DNA from: Berkelbacteria bacterium GW2011_GWE1_39_12
GTDB lineage: Bacteria; Patescibacteriota; UBA1384; UBA12157
NCBI GenBank assembly: GCA_001029735.1
Contig: CP011213.1
Location: forward strand, 460,613-524,612
Length of the DNA: 64,000 nt
Direction of reading: 5' to 3'
Shown: positions 1 through 9,204 of the stretch, piece by piece
Position numbering within the stretch: the first letter of the stretch is position 1
Layout: each line of letters opens with the position of its first letter
Notes under the pieces: generated by a model
The model's input: only the letters and a program-made list of their open reading frames with translations
Database searches by the model: none
What the model was told of the DNA's origin: nothing
Made by a program: the position numbers and the translations under genes

Positions 1-735
1 TTGGAGCGCTTGGGAACTATTTATGACCAAAATACCGATCTCTTTTTTGAAACTCCGTTAGTTAATATCGACCACCATCCGGGCAACGATTATTTTGGTA
101 AGGTTAACTGGGTTGATTTGACGGCCACGTCAACTGCTGAAATTTTGGTAGCTTTAGTGGAATCACTTGCCAGAGAAAAACCTTTATTAGATATTGACGT
201 TGCGACCGCCTTGCTTACTGGCATTATCGTTGATACAGGCTCATTCCAGAATGCCAACACTACACCAAAATCTTTTACCGTTGCCGCTCAACTGGTTGCA
301 GCAGGTGCCAAACAGCAAGAAATTATTCGCCATGTTTTCAAAACTAAAGCTTTGTCTACTCTTAAGCTCTGGGGCAAAATTCTTTCCAACGTGGTTGAAG
401 AACCAGAATCAAAGTTTGTCTGGTCTAAAGTAACCAAGGAAGACTTTGCCATAAGTGGTGCCGAAGGCGCTGCTTCTTCAGGCGTCATTGATGAACTCTT
501 AAAAACTGCCCCTGGCATTGATTTTGCCATATTACTTTCTGAAAAAATGGACGGTGTGCACGGTTCTCTGCGCGCCGCTATTTCCGGTGTTGATGTTTCC
601 GCTATTGCCAAAATATTTGGCGGTGGAGGACACACAGCTGCGGCTGCTTTCCATCTTGATGGCAAGACCTTAGCCGAGGTCCAGAACGAAATTATCGCTA
701 AAATCAAAGCATTTCAGAGCCAAAAAAACGCTTAG
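1..735 (+). CDS. nrnA: nanoRNase/pAp phosphatase NrnA (DHH-DHHA1), 5'-truncated at window edge
   Basis: ORF runs from the window start; C-terminal GGGH motif is typical of the DHHA1 domain; DHH-like region upstream. Confidence 0.6.
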   Translation: MERLGTIYDQNTDLFFETPLVNIDHHPGNDYFGKVNWVDLTATSTAEILVALVESLAREKPLLDIDVATALLTGIIVDTGSFQNANTTPKSFTVAAQLVAAGAKQQEIIRHVFKTKALSTLKLWGKILSNVVEEPESKFVWSKVTKEDFAISGAEGAASSGVIDELLKTAPGIDFAILLSEKMDGVHGSLRAAISGVDVSAIAKIFGGGGHTAAAAFHLDGKTLAEVQNEIIAKIKAFQSQKNA

Positions 736-820
736 ACGCAAGGAGGTGGCACTGTGAGTTATGGTATAGCTATATTAGGGGTAATTGTCGCTATTTCTGG
801 ATTGATATTCAGTTTAGGAT

Positions 821-1441
821 TTGGGAGAAAGGGGAATTCACGTGGGAGAAACAAAGGTTGTTGACGGTAGTGTTATTGAACGACGTAAAGAGGGAGGCGT
901 TGTTATCTTTGCTTCATTCAGCGGTAAACTAGAGTTAGTTCCTCAATTGGGAGATGGCGGTAAAATTGGCTTGATAATTCACGATACTTCCAGTAGAACT
1001 GCTGGATTTGTGACAAGTCCAGAAGCGCTAACCGTTGCGCTAAAGATACTTAGAGAAGAGAAAGAGGTCGAAGAGTTGGTTGTCAACTGTCCCCATTTTT
1101 CTCTTGAGCCAGGAGGGGAAAGAGGTTGCTTGGCTCACGCCCATGAAGATAGATCTTTACCATGTTCAATAAGAACAAAACAGCAGCTTGATCTATGTGA
1201 AGACTATCGTTTGAGCATGTCGGATCTAAAAAGAAGAATAGAGGCCTGCGAATTTCGATGCAGCAAGGGCTGTATGGCCGGCGCCGCAAAGCCAGGAAAA
1301 ACTGTCGGTCCGTGTTGGGTCAAGAACGAAGCTGACCTGAATAAGTGTGAAGCGGACGGAAAATATCGAACCAAAGCTGAGCTTTGTGCAGAACTCCACG
1401 AATGTGTCGAAAACTTCGATCCTAGGGATAGGATAGATTGA
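821..1441 (+). CDS. hypothetical cysteine-rich protein
   Basis: 206-aa ORF with many Cys in the C-terminal half; visibly higher GC than neighbours; terminator hairpin plus T-run at 1450-1478. Confidence 0.3.
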   Translation: MGERGIHVGETKVVDGSVIERRKEGGVVIFASFSGKLELVPQLGDGGKIGLIIHDTSSRTAGFVTSPEALTVALKILREEKEVEELVVNCPHFSLEPGGERGCLAHAHEDRSLPCSIRTKQQLDLCEDYRLSMSDLKRRIEACEFRCSKGCMAGAAKPGKTVGPCWVKNEADLNKCEADGKYRTKAELCAELHECVENFDPRDRID

Positions 1442-1544
1442 TTTTATGTAACAACCCGACGGTGTTCGCCGGGTTTTTTAATCTTTACAATTAAGAAAAG
1501 CCGGTTCTATAATGCAGCTAGATGTCACACCTTAGGAGAATCTA

Positions 1545-1862
1545 TTGAGTATTGCTTCTAATTGGTTAAGTCAACTAGTTGTTGGTCAAATCTATCAGGT
1601 GACAATTGGGGCTGTTTGCCCTCGGGTTGTCTACCTGCAGATTCTGCCGGAGGATCGTTGCCACATCCATGATCCTCATGCCGACGAAATCGAAGATGGT
1701 ATTATACGGAAAAAGCTTATTTCTCCAGAAATGCCGTGGCTGAAAGATTCTACTGGTAAGGAAACACACATTTACGGTACTGTGGAGAATGTTCAGCTCT
1801 TGGACGAAATCCCGACCGAATGTCGACTCGAACCGCTTGAAGGGGAGCAATTGCGAATTTGA
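1545..1862 (+). CDS. hypothetical protein
   Basis: 105-aa ORF followed by a hairpin terminator at about 1876-1912; start not verified. Confidence 0.3.
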   Translation: MSIASNWLSQLVVGQIYQVTIGAVCPRVVYLQILPEDRCHIHDPHADEIEDGIIRKKLISPEMPWLKDSTGKETHIYGTVENVQLLDEIPTECRLEPLEGEQLRI

Positions 1863-1911
1863 TTATTTACTCTAGAGACATCTCTCTACCCGACGGGAAA
1901 CCTTCGGGTTT

Positions 1912-2397
1912 TTAATTCTTAACATAGAGATAAACGTTGTTCTCGACTTGAACAGGTTCCCATTCGGGGAAAATAAAAGTATTCGAGATCACCTTGGCTC
2001 CTGTTTTGAGTTCTTTTTTTAATTTCTTTTCCATTTGTTTCATCATGCTAGTGATACCAAACAGGGTAATTATGTTGAATTCAGAAAGGTCCGCCTTCCA
2101 GAAGTTTTTTTCCGATATTCGAGCCACATCTTCCATGCCCTGAACAATAATATTTTTTTGTCCTAACATGGCTCGGCTTGGATCAGCTTCAAAACCTTGT
2201 GCAATGGCACCAGCTTTGGCAAAAGCGATTACCACCCGACCATCGCCTGAACCAAGATCGGCCATTCTTTCGCCACCTTGAAGATTTGCCATTTTGACCA
2301 TAATTCTAATTTTTTCCGCCGTACTTGGGACAAACGGGATATCTAATTTTGCTGGTTCCATTACTTCTCCTTTCTTCTTAAGAAGTAAGTATGGCAA
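1912..2397 (-). CDS. class I SAM-dependent methyltransferase (small)
   Basis: DLGSGDGRVVIAFA glycine-rich SAM-binding motif I. Confidence 0.55.
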   Translation of the reverse strand: MPYLLLKKKGEVMEPAKLDIPFVPSTAEKIRIMVKMANLQGGERMADLGSGDGRVVIAFAKAGAIAQGFEADPSRAMLGQKNIIVQGMEDVARISEKNFWKADLSEFNIITLFGITSMMKQMEKKLKKELKTGAKVISNTFIFPEWEPVQVENNVYLYVKN

Positions 2398-2481
2398 AAA
2401 AGCCTAAGGCTTTCTTTAGTAATACGAACAAATAAATGAGTCTGTTAGAGACCAATGTCTTTACAGCTTTCAAGGAGTAGC

Positions 2482-2510
2482 TTGTCAAAGTGTAGAAAAT
2501 TTGCTATAAT
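2482..2510 (+). promoter_or_regulatory. sigma70-like promoter TTGTCA-N17-TATAAT upstream of rpsO
   Basis: Hexamers read directly with 17-nt spacing. Confidence 0.5.
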
Positions 2511-2676
2511 CTTGATGAATCATTAAATTATTTAATCGCCCCGAGCGTAGTCGAGGGGCTGGTTGTTTCTTGGATAATCCGCCAGCTGGCGGACTAGGAA
2601 ATGACACAAAGGAAAAAATGCCAAAAGTTGATTTAATTAAAAAGCAACATGCTTATTTTTTGAAAGGTAGTAAATA

Positions 2677-2928
2677 ATGAAAGTCGATTTAATCAAAAAA
2701 TATCAAACCCACAAAAATGACACTGGTTCCACTGAAGTTCAGGTAGCTTTGCTCACTGAAAAAATCATGGAATTAGCCAAGCATTTGAAAAAGCATGCCA
2801 AAGATTCAGATTCACGCCGCGGTTTATTGATGATGGTTGGAAAACGCCGCCGCTTGCTTAACTATTTGAAAAAGGGTGAACCTAGGAAGTATGAAAAACT
2901 TATCAAGGACTTAGGTCTTAAGAAATAA
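2677..2928 (+). CDS. rpsO: 30S ribosomal protein S15
   Basis: 83 aa; conserved S15 sequence ([14 protein letters not shown]...[15 protein letters not shown]); classic rpsO-pnp order. Confidence 0.9.
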   Translation: MKVDLIKKYQTHKNDTGSTEVQVALLTEKIMELAKHLKKHAKDSDSRRGLLMMVGKRRRLLNYLKKGEPRKYEKLIKDLGLKK

Positions 2929-3033
2929 GAACCTCTTCGCGAGAAACTTGTTTCTTGAGTTGTAGAAATAATAAGTTTTTGCATGTCAAAGCTGATTAAA
3001 GATTTAGGTTTAAAAAAATAAGACAGTCAATCG

Positions 3034-3098
3034 GTCATTGCGAGTCGGTAGGCGAAGCAATCTGTTTCAGAGATCGCCACATTGACACTTGCGATGAC
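3034..3098. repeat. palindromic intergenic element GTCATTGCGAG...CTCGCAATGAC
   Basis: 11-nt terminal inverted repeat around an internal palindrome; same family as 12005-12066. Confidence 0.5.
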
Positions 3099-3215
3099 AG
3101 AATAAATAGATTTAAAAATTAATATAGCGTGAGATGCGTAGAGCAGGTAAAGGGATAAAAAATTGTTTTTCTCTCTTTAGGTGTTCTACGTTCTCATGCC
3201 TTTTGAAAGGCAAAA

Positions 3216-5318
3216 ATGTCCCAAGACTTTAAAACGACCATTGCAGATAAGGAATTAGTTATCTCCACTGGTAAATTGGCGCAACTTGCGTCTGGTTCTG
3301 TAACGGTTCGCTATGGCGATACCGTTGTTTTGGCAACCGCCGTTGTTGCGGCCGAAGCTCGCGACGACATCGATTATTTCCCGTTGTTAGTGGATTATGA
3401 GGAAAGATTGTATGCCGCCGGTAAGATTTCTGGTTCACGATTTATTAAAAGAGAAGGCCGTCCGTCAGAACAGGCAATACTTACTTGCCGCTTGATTGAC
3501 CGACCGATTCGTCCTTTGTTTCCAAAAGCGTTCAAGAATGATGTACAGGTTGTTATCACTGTTTTATCTTTCGATTTAGAAAACGACCCAGGTATCATTT
3601 CCATCATCGCCGCTTCAGCCGCTCTTTGCCAGTCAAACGCACCTTTCGAAGGTCCAGTGGCTGCTTCCAGAGTTGGTTTAATCGACGGTGAATTTGTTTT
3701 GAACCCAACCGTTAAGCAATTGGAAAATTCCAAACTTGACTTGGTTGTCGCCGGAAATAAAGAAAAAGTTTTGATGCTTGAGGCCGGTTCCAACGAAGTT
3801 GACGAAAAGACTATGATTGAAGCCATAAAATTCGGTCACAAAGGTCTTCAACCAGCGCTTGAAATTCAAAAAGAGCTTATTTCTGAAACCAAGCATACGG
3901 TTGAAGAAGCTGAAGAACCTGCAATTATTAAAGAAATTAAATCATATCTTGGCAAGAAATTGGCCGAAATCGTTTATGTAACAGATAAAGCCAAGCGTCA
4001 AGAACAAATTTCTGCCTTTGAAAAAGAAGTTTTGGAAAATTTTGAAGGTAACTATAAGCAAATTGAATTAAAATCAGCTTTTGGCCAAGTTTTGGAAAAA
4101 GAAGTTCGTCAAGCTGTCATTGATAAAGAAATTCGTCCAGACGGCCGTAAAATCGACGAGATTCGTCCGATTTCGGTTGAAGTGGACTTATTGCCTCGCA
4201 CCCACGGTTCAGGATTATTTACTCGTGGTCAGACGCAGGTTATGTCGATTATCACCCTTGGACCACCTTCTGAAGAACAGATCATTGAAACAATGGAAGA
4301 AGAAGGTACCAAGAGATATATGCATCATTATAACTTCCCACCATTTTCAACGGGTGAAGTTAAACCAATGCGTTCAACATCACGCCGAGAAATTGGTCAT
4401 GGCGCCTTAGCTGAAAGAGCCTTACTTCCTGTCATTCCTTCACGTGAAGAATTCCCTTATACCATTCGTGTTGTTTCTGAAGTTTTGGCTTCAAATGGTT
4501 CGTCTTCAATGGCTTCTACCTGCGGTTCAACCTTAGCCTTGATGGATGCTGGCGTTCCGATTAAAACTCCTGTTGCCGGTATTGCTATGGGCTTAATGAC
4601 TTCTGAAGATGGCAAAAAACATAAGATTTTGACTGATATTGCCGGTATTGAAGACTTTGCCGGAGATATGGACTTTAAGATTACCGCCACTAAAGATGGT
4701 ATTACTGCTATTCAGTTAGATACCAAATTAAAAGGTTTGGACTTCGACGTTTTACAAGAAGCCTTGGTTGCCGCTCGCAAAGCAAATGACACAATTTTAA
4801 GCAAAATCAACGCTGTTATATCTGAACCTCGCAAAGAACTTTCCAAATATGCCCCAAGAATTGAAACCGTGAAAATCCCGATTGATAAAATCGGTGAAAT
4901 TATCGGTCCTGGCGGCAAGAATATTCGCAAATTGATTGAAGATTGCGGTGGCAAAGAAGTCATTACGATCGATATCGAGGATGATGGTACTGTTACGGTT
5001 GCCTCAATTGAACCAGAAGCTTCTAAGAAAGCTTTGACTTATATCGAAGGCGTTACCAAAGAAGTCGAATTAGGTAAGATTTATGAAGGTCCAGTGACCA
5101 CTATCGTCAAAGACAGAATGTCTGGCAAAGAAATCGGCGCCATTGTTCAAGTTTTGCCAAACCAAGATGGTATGGTTCATATTTCTCAGATTGCCGACGA
5201 ACGGGTAGAAAAAATTGAAGACGTCTTGAAAATCGGCCAAGTCGTTAAAGTGAAAGTCATGGAAATTGATAAGGAACGGGGCAGAGTTTCGCTTTCGATC
5301 AAAGCCGCTAAAGAATAA
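3216..5318 (+). CDS. pnp: polynucleotide phosphorylase (PNPase)
   Basis: 700 aa; two RNase PH domains, KH and S1 C-terminus; directly follows rpsO. Confidence 0.95.
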   Translation: MSQDFKTTIADKELVISTGKLAQLASGSVTVRYGDTVVLATAVVAAEARDDIDYFPLLVDYEERLYAAGKISGSRFIKREGRPSEQAILTCRLIDRPIRPLFPKAFKNDVQVVITVLSFDLENDPGIISIIAASAALCQSNAPFEGPVAASRVGLIDGEFVLNPTVKQLENSKLDLVVAGNKEKVLMLEAGSNEVDEKTMIEAIKFGHKGLQPALEIQKELISETKHTVEEAEEPAIIKEIKSYLGKKLAEIVYVTDKAKRQEQISAFEKEVLENFEGNYKQIELKSAFGQVLEKEVRQAVIDKEIRPDGRKIDEIRPISVEVDLLPRTHGSGLFTRGQTQVMSIITLGPPSEEQIIETMEEEGTKRYMHHYNFPPFSTGEVKPMRSTSRREIGHGALAERALLPVIPSREEFPYTIRVVSEVLASNGSSSMASTCGSTLALMDAGVPIKTPVAGIAMGLMTSEDGKKHKILTDIAGIEDFAGDMDFKITATKDGITAIQLDTKLKGLDFDVLQEALVAARKANDTILSKINAVISEPRKELSKYAPRIETVKIPIDKIGEIIGPGGKNIRKLIEDCGGKEVITIDIEDDGTVTVASIEPEASKKALTYIEGVTKEVELGKIYEGPVTTIVKDRMSGKEIGAIVQVLPNQDGMVHISQIADERVEKIEDVLKIGQVVKVKVMEIDKERGRVSLSIKAAKE

Positions 5319-5340
5319 AAAAGAATTCTCGATATATGAA

Positions 5341-5371
5341 AAAGAGACCGGAAAAAAGGTCTCTTTTTGGT
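5341..5371 (+). terminator. rho-independent terminator after pnp
   Basis: AGAGACC...GGTCTCT stem followed by TTTTT. Confidence 0.6.
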
Positions 5372-5379
5372 GTCACAGG

Positions 5380-5408
5380 TTGACAAAATCAGTTTTTTGG
5401 TATATATT
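5380..5408 (+). promoter_or_regulatory. promoter TTGACA-N17-TATATT
   Basis: Near-consensus hexamers about 55 nt upstream of the zinc-ribbon gene. Confidence 0.5.
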
Positions 5409-5461
5409 CGATAGTTCCATAACGAATCAGAAAAACAGTCATGGTTGTTAAGGAGGATTAA

Positions 5462-5764
5462 ATGGCAACAAAATGTCCGAAATGCGGTCATGAAGAAGGT
5501 GGCAATCCTAGTTACTGCACGGATTGCGGCAACAAGAATGGCCCTTTGCCGACTTGCCTGCATTGTGGCGCTCTGATATGGAGTACTCACTCGCATTGCC
5601 AAGGCTGTGGACTTGATCGGAAGACTGCCCTGACGGATCCTGAAAAACTGGAACAGGAAAAAGCCAGGATTTTGGCCGAAGAGCAGCTTCGCGCAGAAAA
5701 GCGGGCAAAGAAGAAGTGGTGGCAGTTCTGGAGGCAAGATCCAGATCTCCTTGAAGGTCCATGA
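5462..5764 (+). CDS. double zinc-ribbon protein with C-terminal coiled-coil
   Basis: Three CxxC...CxxC pairs (CPKCGH, CTDCGN, CLHCGA, CQGCGL); AGGAGG RBS. Confidence 0.5.
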   Translation: MATKCPKCGHEEGGNPSYCTDCGNKNGPLPTCLHCGALIWSTHSHCQGCGLDRKTALTDPEKLEQEKARILAEEQLRAEKRAKKKWWQFWRQDPDLLEGP

Positions 5765-5899
5765 CCTCGTCGTCATTTCAATCAGCCGTGAGCAAATTGT
5801 CATTAATTTGGCAAAATCTCACGGTTTTTTAATTTTTATGATATATTAGAATTAATAGCCAAGCTAAAGCTTGTCGCGGAATTTTATCAAGGATAAAAT

Positions 5900-6064
5900 A
5901 TGAAAACAATATCAATTCAAGAAAAACAAAACCGAATCTTCCGCAAGATGAGCGCGGAAAAAAAACTTAAAATGATGGATAGCTTTTTCCTTATTGTCAG
6001 GATGCTAATTCCATATCTGATTTATTGCCAGTGTCTAGGAAAAAATAAAAGGTTACAGAGTTAG
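5900..6064 (+). CDS. small hypothetical ORF (54 aa)
   Basis: ATG preceded by the CCAAGC/TTGTCGCGGAATTT box and an AAGGA RBS; no similarity recognised. Confidence 0.2.
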   Translation: MKTISIQEKQNRIFRKMSAEKKLKMMDSFFLIVRMLIPYLIYCQCLGKNKRLQS

Positions 6065-6104
6065 AAAACAAGATGTCGTTCCGACAAACATGGAGGAGTC
6101 TAGT

Positions 6105-6139
6105 AAAGAAAGATCTCTCGACTACGCTCGAGATGACAT
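6105..6139 (+). repeat. 33-35 bp direct repeat AAAGATCTCTCGACTACGCTCGAGATGACAT (copy 1)
   Basis: Repeats at 6467-6499, forming the 3' end of the GIY-YIG gene; GTCATTCCGAC..GGAGGAATC-type motifs at 6075-6100 and 6170-6203. Confidence 0.6.
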
Positions 6140-6210
6140 GATGAAAATATTGTTAGATGACAATAGAATGTCATTCCGACCGAGTGAAACGAGTGGAGGA
6201 ATCTTGAATC

Positions 6211-6501
6211 GTGAAAACATATTATGTTTATATAATGGCCAGTTTTAGTAGGGTTCTATATATCGGTATTACAAATGATCTAGCTCGGAGAGTTTATGAG
6301 CATAAAAACGAGCTAAATGACGGATTTACAAAAAGATATAAATGCAAGAAGTTAGTATATTTTGAGTCGTCTTCCGATGTTAATTCGATCTTGGAAAGAG
6401 AAAAGCAATTAAAAAGGTGGAGACGGGATAAGAAAATCTTTTTAATTGAGAAAGACAATTCGGAATGGAAAGATCTCTCGACTTCGCTCGAGATGACATA
6501 G
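6211..6501 (+). CDS. GIY-YIG nuclease family protein (UPF0213-like)
   Basis: YYVYIM...LYIGITNDLARRVYEH...KQLK motif typical of small GIY-YIG proteins; flanked by direct repeats. Confidence 0.75.
   Translation: MKTYYVYIMASFSRVLYIGITNDLARRVYEHKNELNDGFTKRYKCKKLVYFESSSDVNSILEREKQLKRWRRDKKIFLIEKDNSEWKDLSTSLEMT
6467..6499 (+). repeat. direct repeat copy 2 (GGAAAGATCTCTCGACTTCGCTCGAGATGACAT)
   Basis: 1 mismatch to copy 1; supplies the last codons and the stop of the GIY-YIG gene. Confidence 0.6.
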
Positions 6502-6675
6502 AAAAATAACGATTGGTTTCGTGATTTAGAATCAACCCGTCAGCTGGAAGATATTGCTTCAGTCATGGACATCCAAAAGAAATTAGATATGGTTTATATA
6601 AAAAAATGGGTGACAAAGTTTGGTTTGCAAGAAGAATATCAATCGCTCGAAAAGCTATTAAATCGCGATTGAGAA

Positions 6676-6704
6676 TTGACAAACTCAAAAAACAATGCTA
6701 TTAT
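6676..6704 (+). promoter_or_regulatory. promoter TTGACA-N17-TATTAT upstream of the UDG gene
   Basis: Hexamers read directly. Confidence 0.45.
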
Positions 6705-6754
6705 GGGTATGATCAATAAAAAGAACTCGACGAATTTAGAAATTTTTTTGAATT

Positions 6755-7324
6755 ATGAATTACTCGAACTTAGATGAAATTGCAGCTGAAATTAAAATAT
6801 GCAAGAAATGTCCTCTCTTTAGGGGAAGGATAAATGCAGTTCCTGGTTCCGGTAATCCCAATGCCGAGATTCTTTTTATTGGCGAAGGACCTGGACAAAA
6901 TGAAGATAAAAAAGGTTTACCTTTTGTTGGCGATGCCGGCAAGTTCTTAGATGAAATGCTGGAATCTATCAACCTCAAACGTGAAGATATTTTTATTGGC
7001 AATGTGGTTAAATGCCGCCCGCCCAATAATCGCGACCCGTTAGAAGAAGAAGTTGGTGTTTGCACCAGAAATTATCTTATTTCCCAGATTAGATTGATTA
7101 AGCCAAAATTAATTGTTACCTTAGGGCGACACTCCATGCAGGTTTTTTTCCCTCAACTTAAATCGATCTCACAAGTCCACGGCAAAGCTTATAAAAAAGC
7201 TGGTCAGGTTTACTTGATTCTTTATCACCCGGCTGCCGGACTTTATCAACAATCATTAAAAGAAACGATGAAAGATGACTTTAAAAAGATTCCTGAAATA
7301 ATGGAACTCATTAAGGAGAGCTAG
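6755..7324 (+). CDS. uracil-DNA glycosylase, family 4 (Fe-S type)
   Basis: CKKCPL...GEGPG...VGDAG...GNVVKCRPP motifs. Confidence 0.85.
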   Translation: MNYSNLDEIAAEIKICKKCPLFRGRINAVPGSGNPNAEILFIGEGPGQNEDKKGLPFVGDAGKFLDEMLESINLKREDIFIGNVVKCRPPNNRDPLEEEVGVCTRNYLISQIRLIKPKLIVTLGRHSMQVFFPQLKSISQVHGKAYKKAGQVYLILYHPAAGLYQQSLKETMKDDFKKIPEIMELIKES

Positions 7325-7350
7325 AAGCTCTCGTATTAGAAAGACTATGT

Positions 7351-9144
7351 ATGAATAACATTTCTACAACAACAGACCCTAAACCTAGTCGCCGTCCTCA
7401 AAGCGGCGGTTATCGTCAGGGAAATTTTAAAAAAACGAATTTCACCAATCAGACAACCCAAAACAAACCGCTTAAAGTGTACAAGGCTGAATCGCCTCGA
7501 TTAAAAATCATTCCTCTTGGAGGAAACGGCGAAATCGGTAAAAACATGATGATTTATGAGTATGGCGACGATATTATCTTGATCGATTGCGGAATGATGT
7601 TCCCTAGATCAGAAATGCTTGGCGTCGACTTTATTATCCCAAATATTTCTTACTTGGAAGAACGCAAGAATAAGATTCGTGGTTTACTTATTACTCATGG
7701 ACATGAAGATCACATTGGTGCCATTCCTTATGTTTGGCCAAAATTACAGTGTCCAATTTATGCAACAAAATTAACTGCCGGCTTTATTGAAAGCAAATGT
7801 GAAGAATTCGGCCTTAAGCCCAATATTCGTGTTGTTCAGGCAGGCGACAAGATTCAACTTGGTGTGTTTAAAATTGAATTTATTCCGTTTTCGCACACTT
7901 TTTTGGATGACGTCGGTTTGGCGTTCGATACCCCAGACGGCTTTGTCATTCACATTGCTGACTTTAAATTAGATACAAATAAGCTTGAATCCCAAAAGGT
8001 TTTAGGCAAGCTTCATGAATTTTCTGAAAAAGGCGTGAAAGTTTTGATGTTGGAATCAACCAATGTTGAAATCAAATCAGAAAAAATCGCTGAAAGCGTC
8101 GTGCATGACACAATTGCCAATATCTTTACCAAGACAAAGGGCAGATTGATTGTTACTTCATTTGCTTCGTCTTTGGACAGAATCCAAGGCGTGCTAAATG
8201 CTGCGCAAAAAACTCATCGCAAAGTTGCGATTGCCGGACGTTCGATGGAAAAGGCAATCAATATTGCTATGAATCTGGGTTATTTGAAAGTGCCACAGAA
8301 TATCTTAGTCGATATTCGCCGCACCGATAATATTTCCGATGACAAAATTGCCATTCTCTGTACCGGTTCACAAGGTGAAGAATATTCCGCATTGGTTAGA
8401 ATGTCGACCGGTGAGCATAGACAGGTTCGAATTAAAAAAGGCGATACAGTCGTTATTTCTGCCGGAGCTATTCCAGGAAACGAACGCACTGTTGCTGATA
8501 CGGTTAACAACCTTTATCGTTTAGGCGCCGAAGTTTATTACGGTGCAGAACGTGAAAAGATTCACTCTTCTGGTCATGCTAAGAGAGATGAATTGAAATT
8601 GGTTATTGCAACTGCTAAACCTGAATATTTTATTCCAATTCATGGTGAATATCGTCATTTAGTATTACATACCAAATTAGCCGTTGAAATGGGCGTCAAA
8701 GAAGGTAATGCCTTCGCCATTGAAGATGGTCAAATCGTTGAAGTTCATGATGGCAAAGCCAATATTTCCGCTCAGAAAATCGATGCCTCTTACGTCTTAG
8801 TTGACGGATTAGGTGTCGGTGATGTTGGAAATATTGTTTTACGCGATCGTCAGGCGATGGCCAAAGATGGTATCTTTGTGGTTATCTTAACCGTCGATCA
8901 CGAAACCGGAAAAATTGTAACGTCTCCAGATATTATCTCCCGCGGATTTATTTATATGCGCGAGAGGGAAGACTTGGTGTTTAAAGCACGTCAAGAGATC
9001 AAAAAGATGTTTCAGAAGCATAATGAAAAATACCCGGCTAACTGGGATTTCATCAAGAAGGCGATGCGCAACGAATTAGGGGAGTTCTTATATGCCGAAA
9101 CAGAACGAAGACCTATGGTGATACCAGTAATCATCGAAGTTTAA
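7351..9144 (+). CDS. rnj: ribonuclease J
   Basis: 597 aa; metallo-beta-lactamase HxHxDH (HGHEDHIG), beta-CASP and C-terminal domain. Confidence 0.9.
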   Translation: MNNISTTTDPKPSRRPQSGGYRQGNFKKTNFTNQTTQNKPLKVYKAESPRLKIIPLGGNGEIGKNMMIYEYGDDIILIDCGMMFPRSEMLGVDFIIPNISYLEERKNKIRGLLITHGHEDHIGAIPYVWPKLQCPIYATKLTAGFIESKCEEFGLKPNIRVVQAGDKIQLGVFKIEFIPFSHTFLDDVGLAFDTPDGFVIHIADFKLDTNKLESQKVLGKLHEFSEKGVKVLMLESTNVEIKSEKIAESVVHDTIANIFTKTKGRLIVTSFASSLDRIQGVLNAAQKTHRKVAIAGRSMEKAINIAMNLGYLKVPQNILVDIRRTDNISDDKIAILCTGSQGEEYSALVRMSTGEHRQVRIKKGDTVVISAGAIPGNERTVADTVNNLYRLGAEVYYGAEREKIHSSGHAKRDELKLVIATAKPEYFIPIHGEYRHLVLHTKLAVEMGVKEGNAFAIEDGQIVEVHDGKANISAQKIDASYVLVDGLGVGDVGNIVLRDRQAMAKDGIFVVILTVDHETGKIVTSPDIISRGFIYMREREDLVFKARQEIKKMFQKHNEKYPANWDFIKKAMRNELGEFLYAETERRPMVIPVIIEV

Positions 9145-9159
9145 ATAAATATAACAAAA

Positions 9160-9190
9160 TGAAAAAGACCCCTTGGCGGGGTCTTTTTCT
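9160..9190. terminator. bidirectional terminator between rnj and the convergent gene
   Basis: GACCCC/GGGGTC stem with A-run 5' and T-run 3'. Confidence 0.6.
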
Positions 9191-9204
9191 GTATTTAGAG
9201 ATTA

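Noticed and set aside
5186-5803. 205-aa minus-strand ORF; also other antisense ORFs (3395-3826, 4457-4963, 32670-33584, 52742-53065 and others)
   Set aside because: They lie entirely inside well-supported plus-strand genes (pnp, recA, the zinc-ribbon protein, the LPXTG protein) and have no RBS. They are typical shadow ORFs.
6571-6681. Short ORF fragment (MDIQKKLDMVYIKKWVTKFGLQEEYQSLEKLLNRD) between the GIY-YIG and UDG genes; possible gene remnant
   Set aside because: Only 36 codons with no identifiable family; recorded as a possible pseudogene fragment but not supportable.
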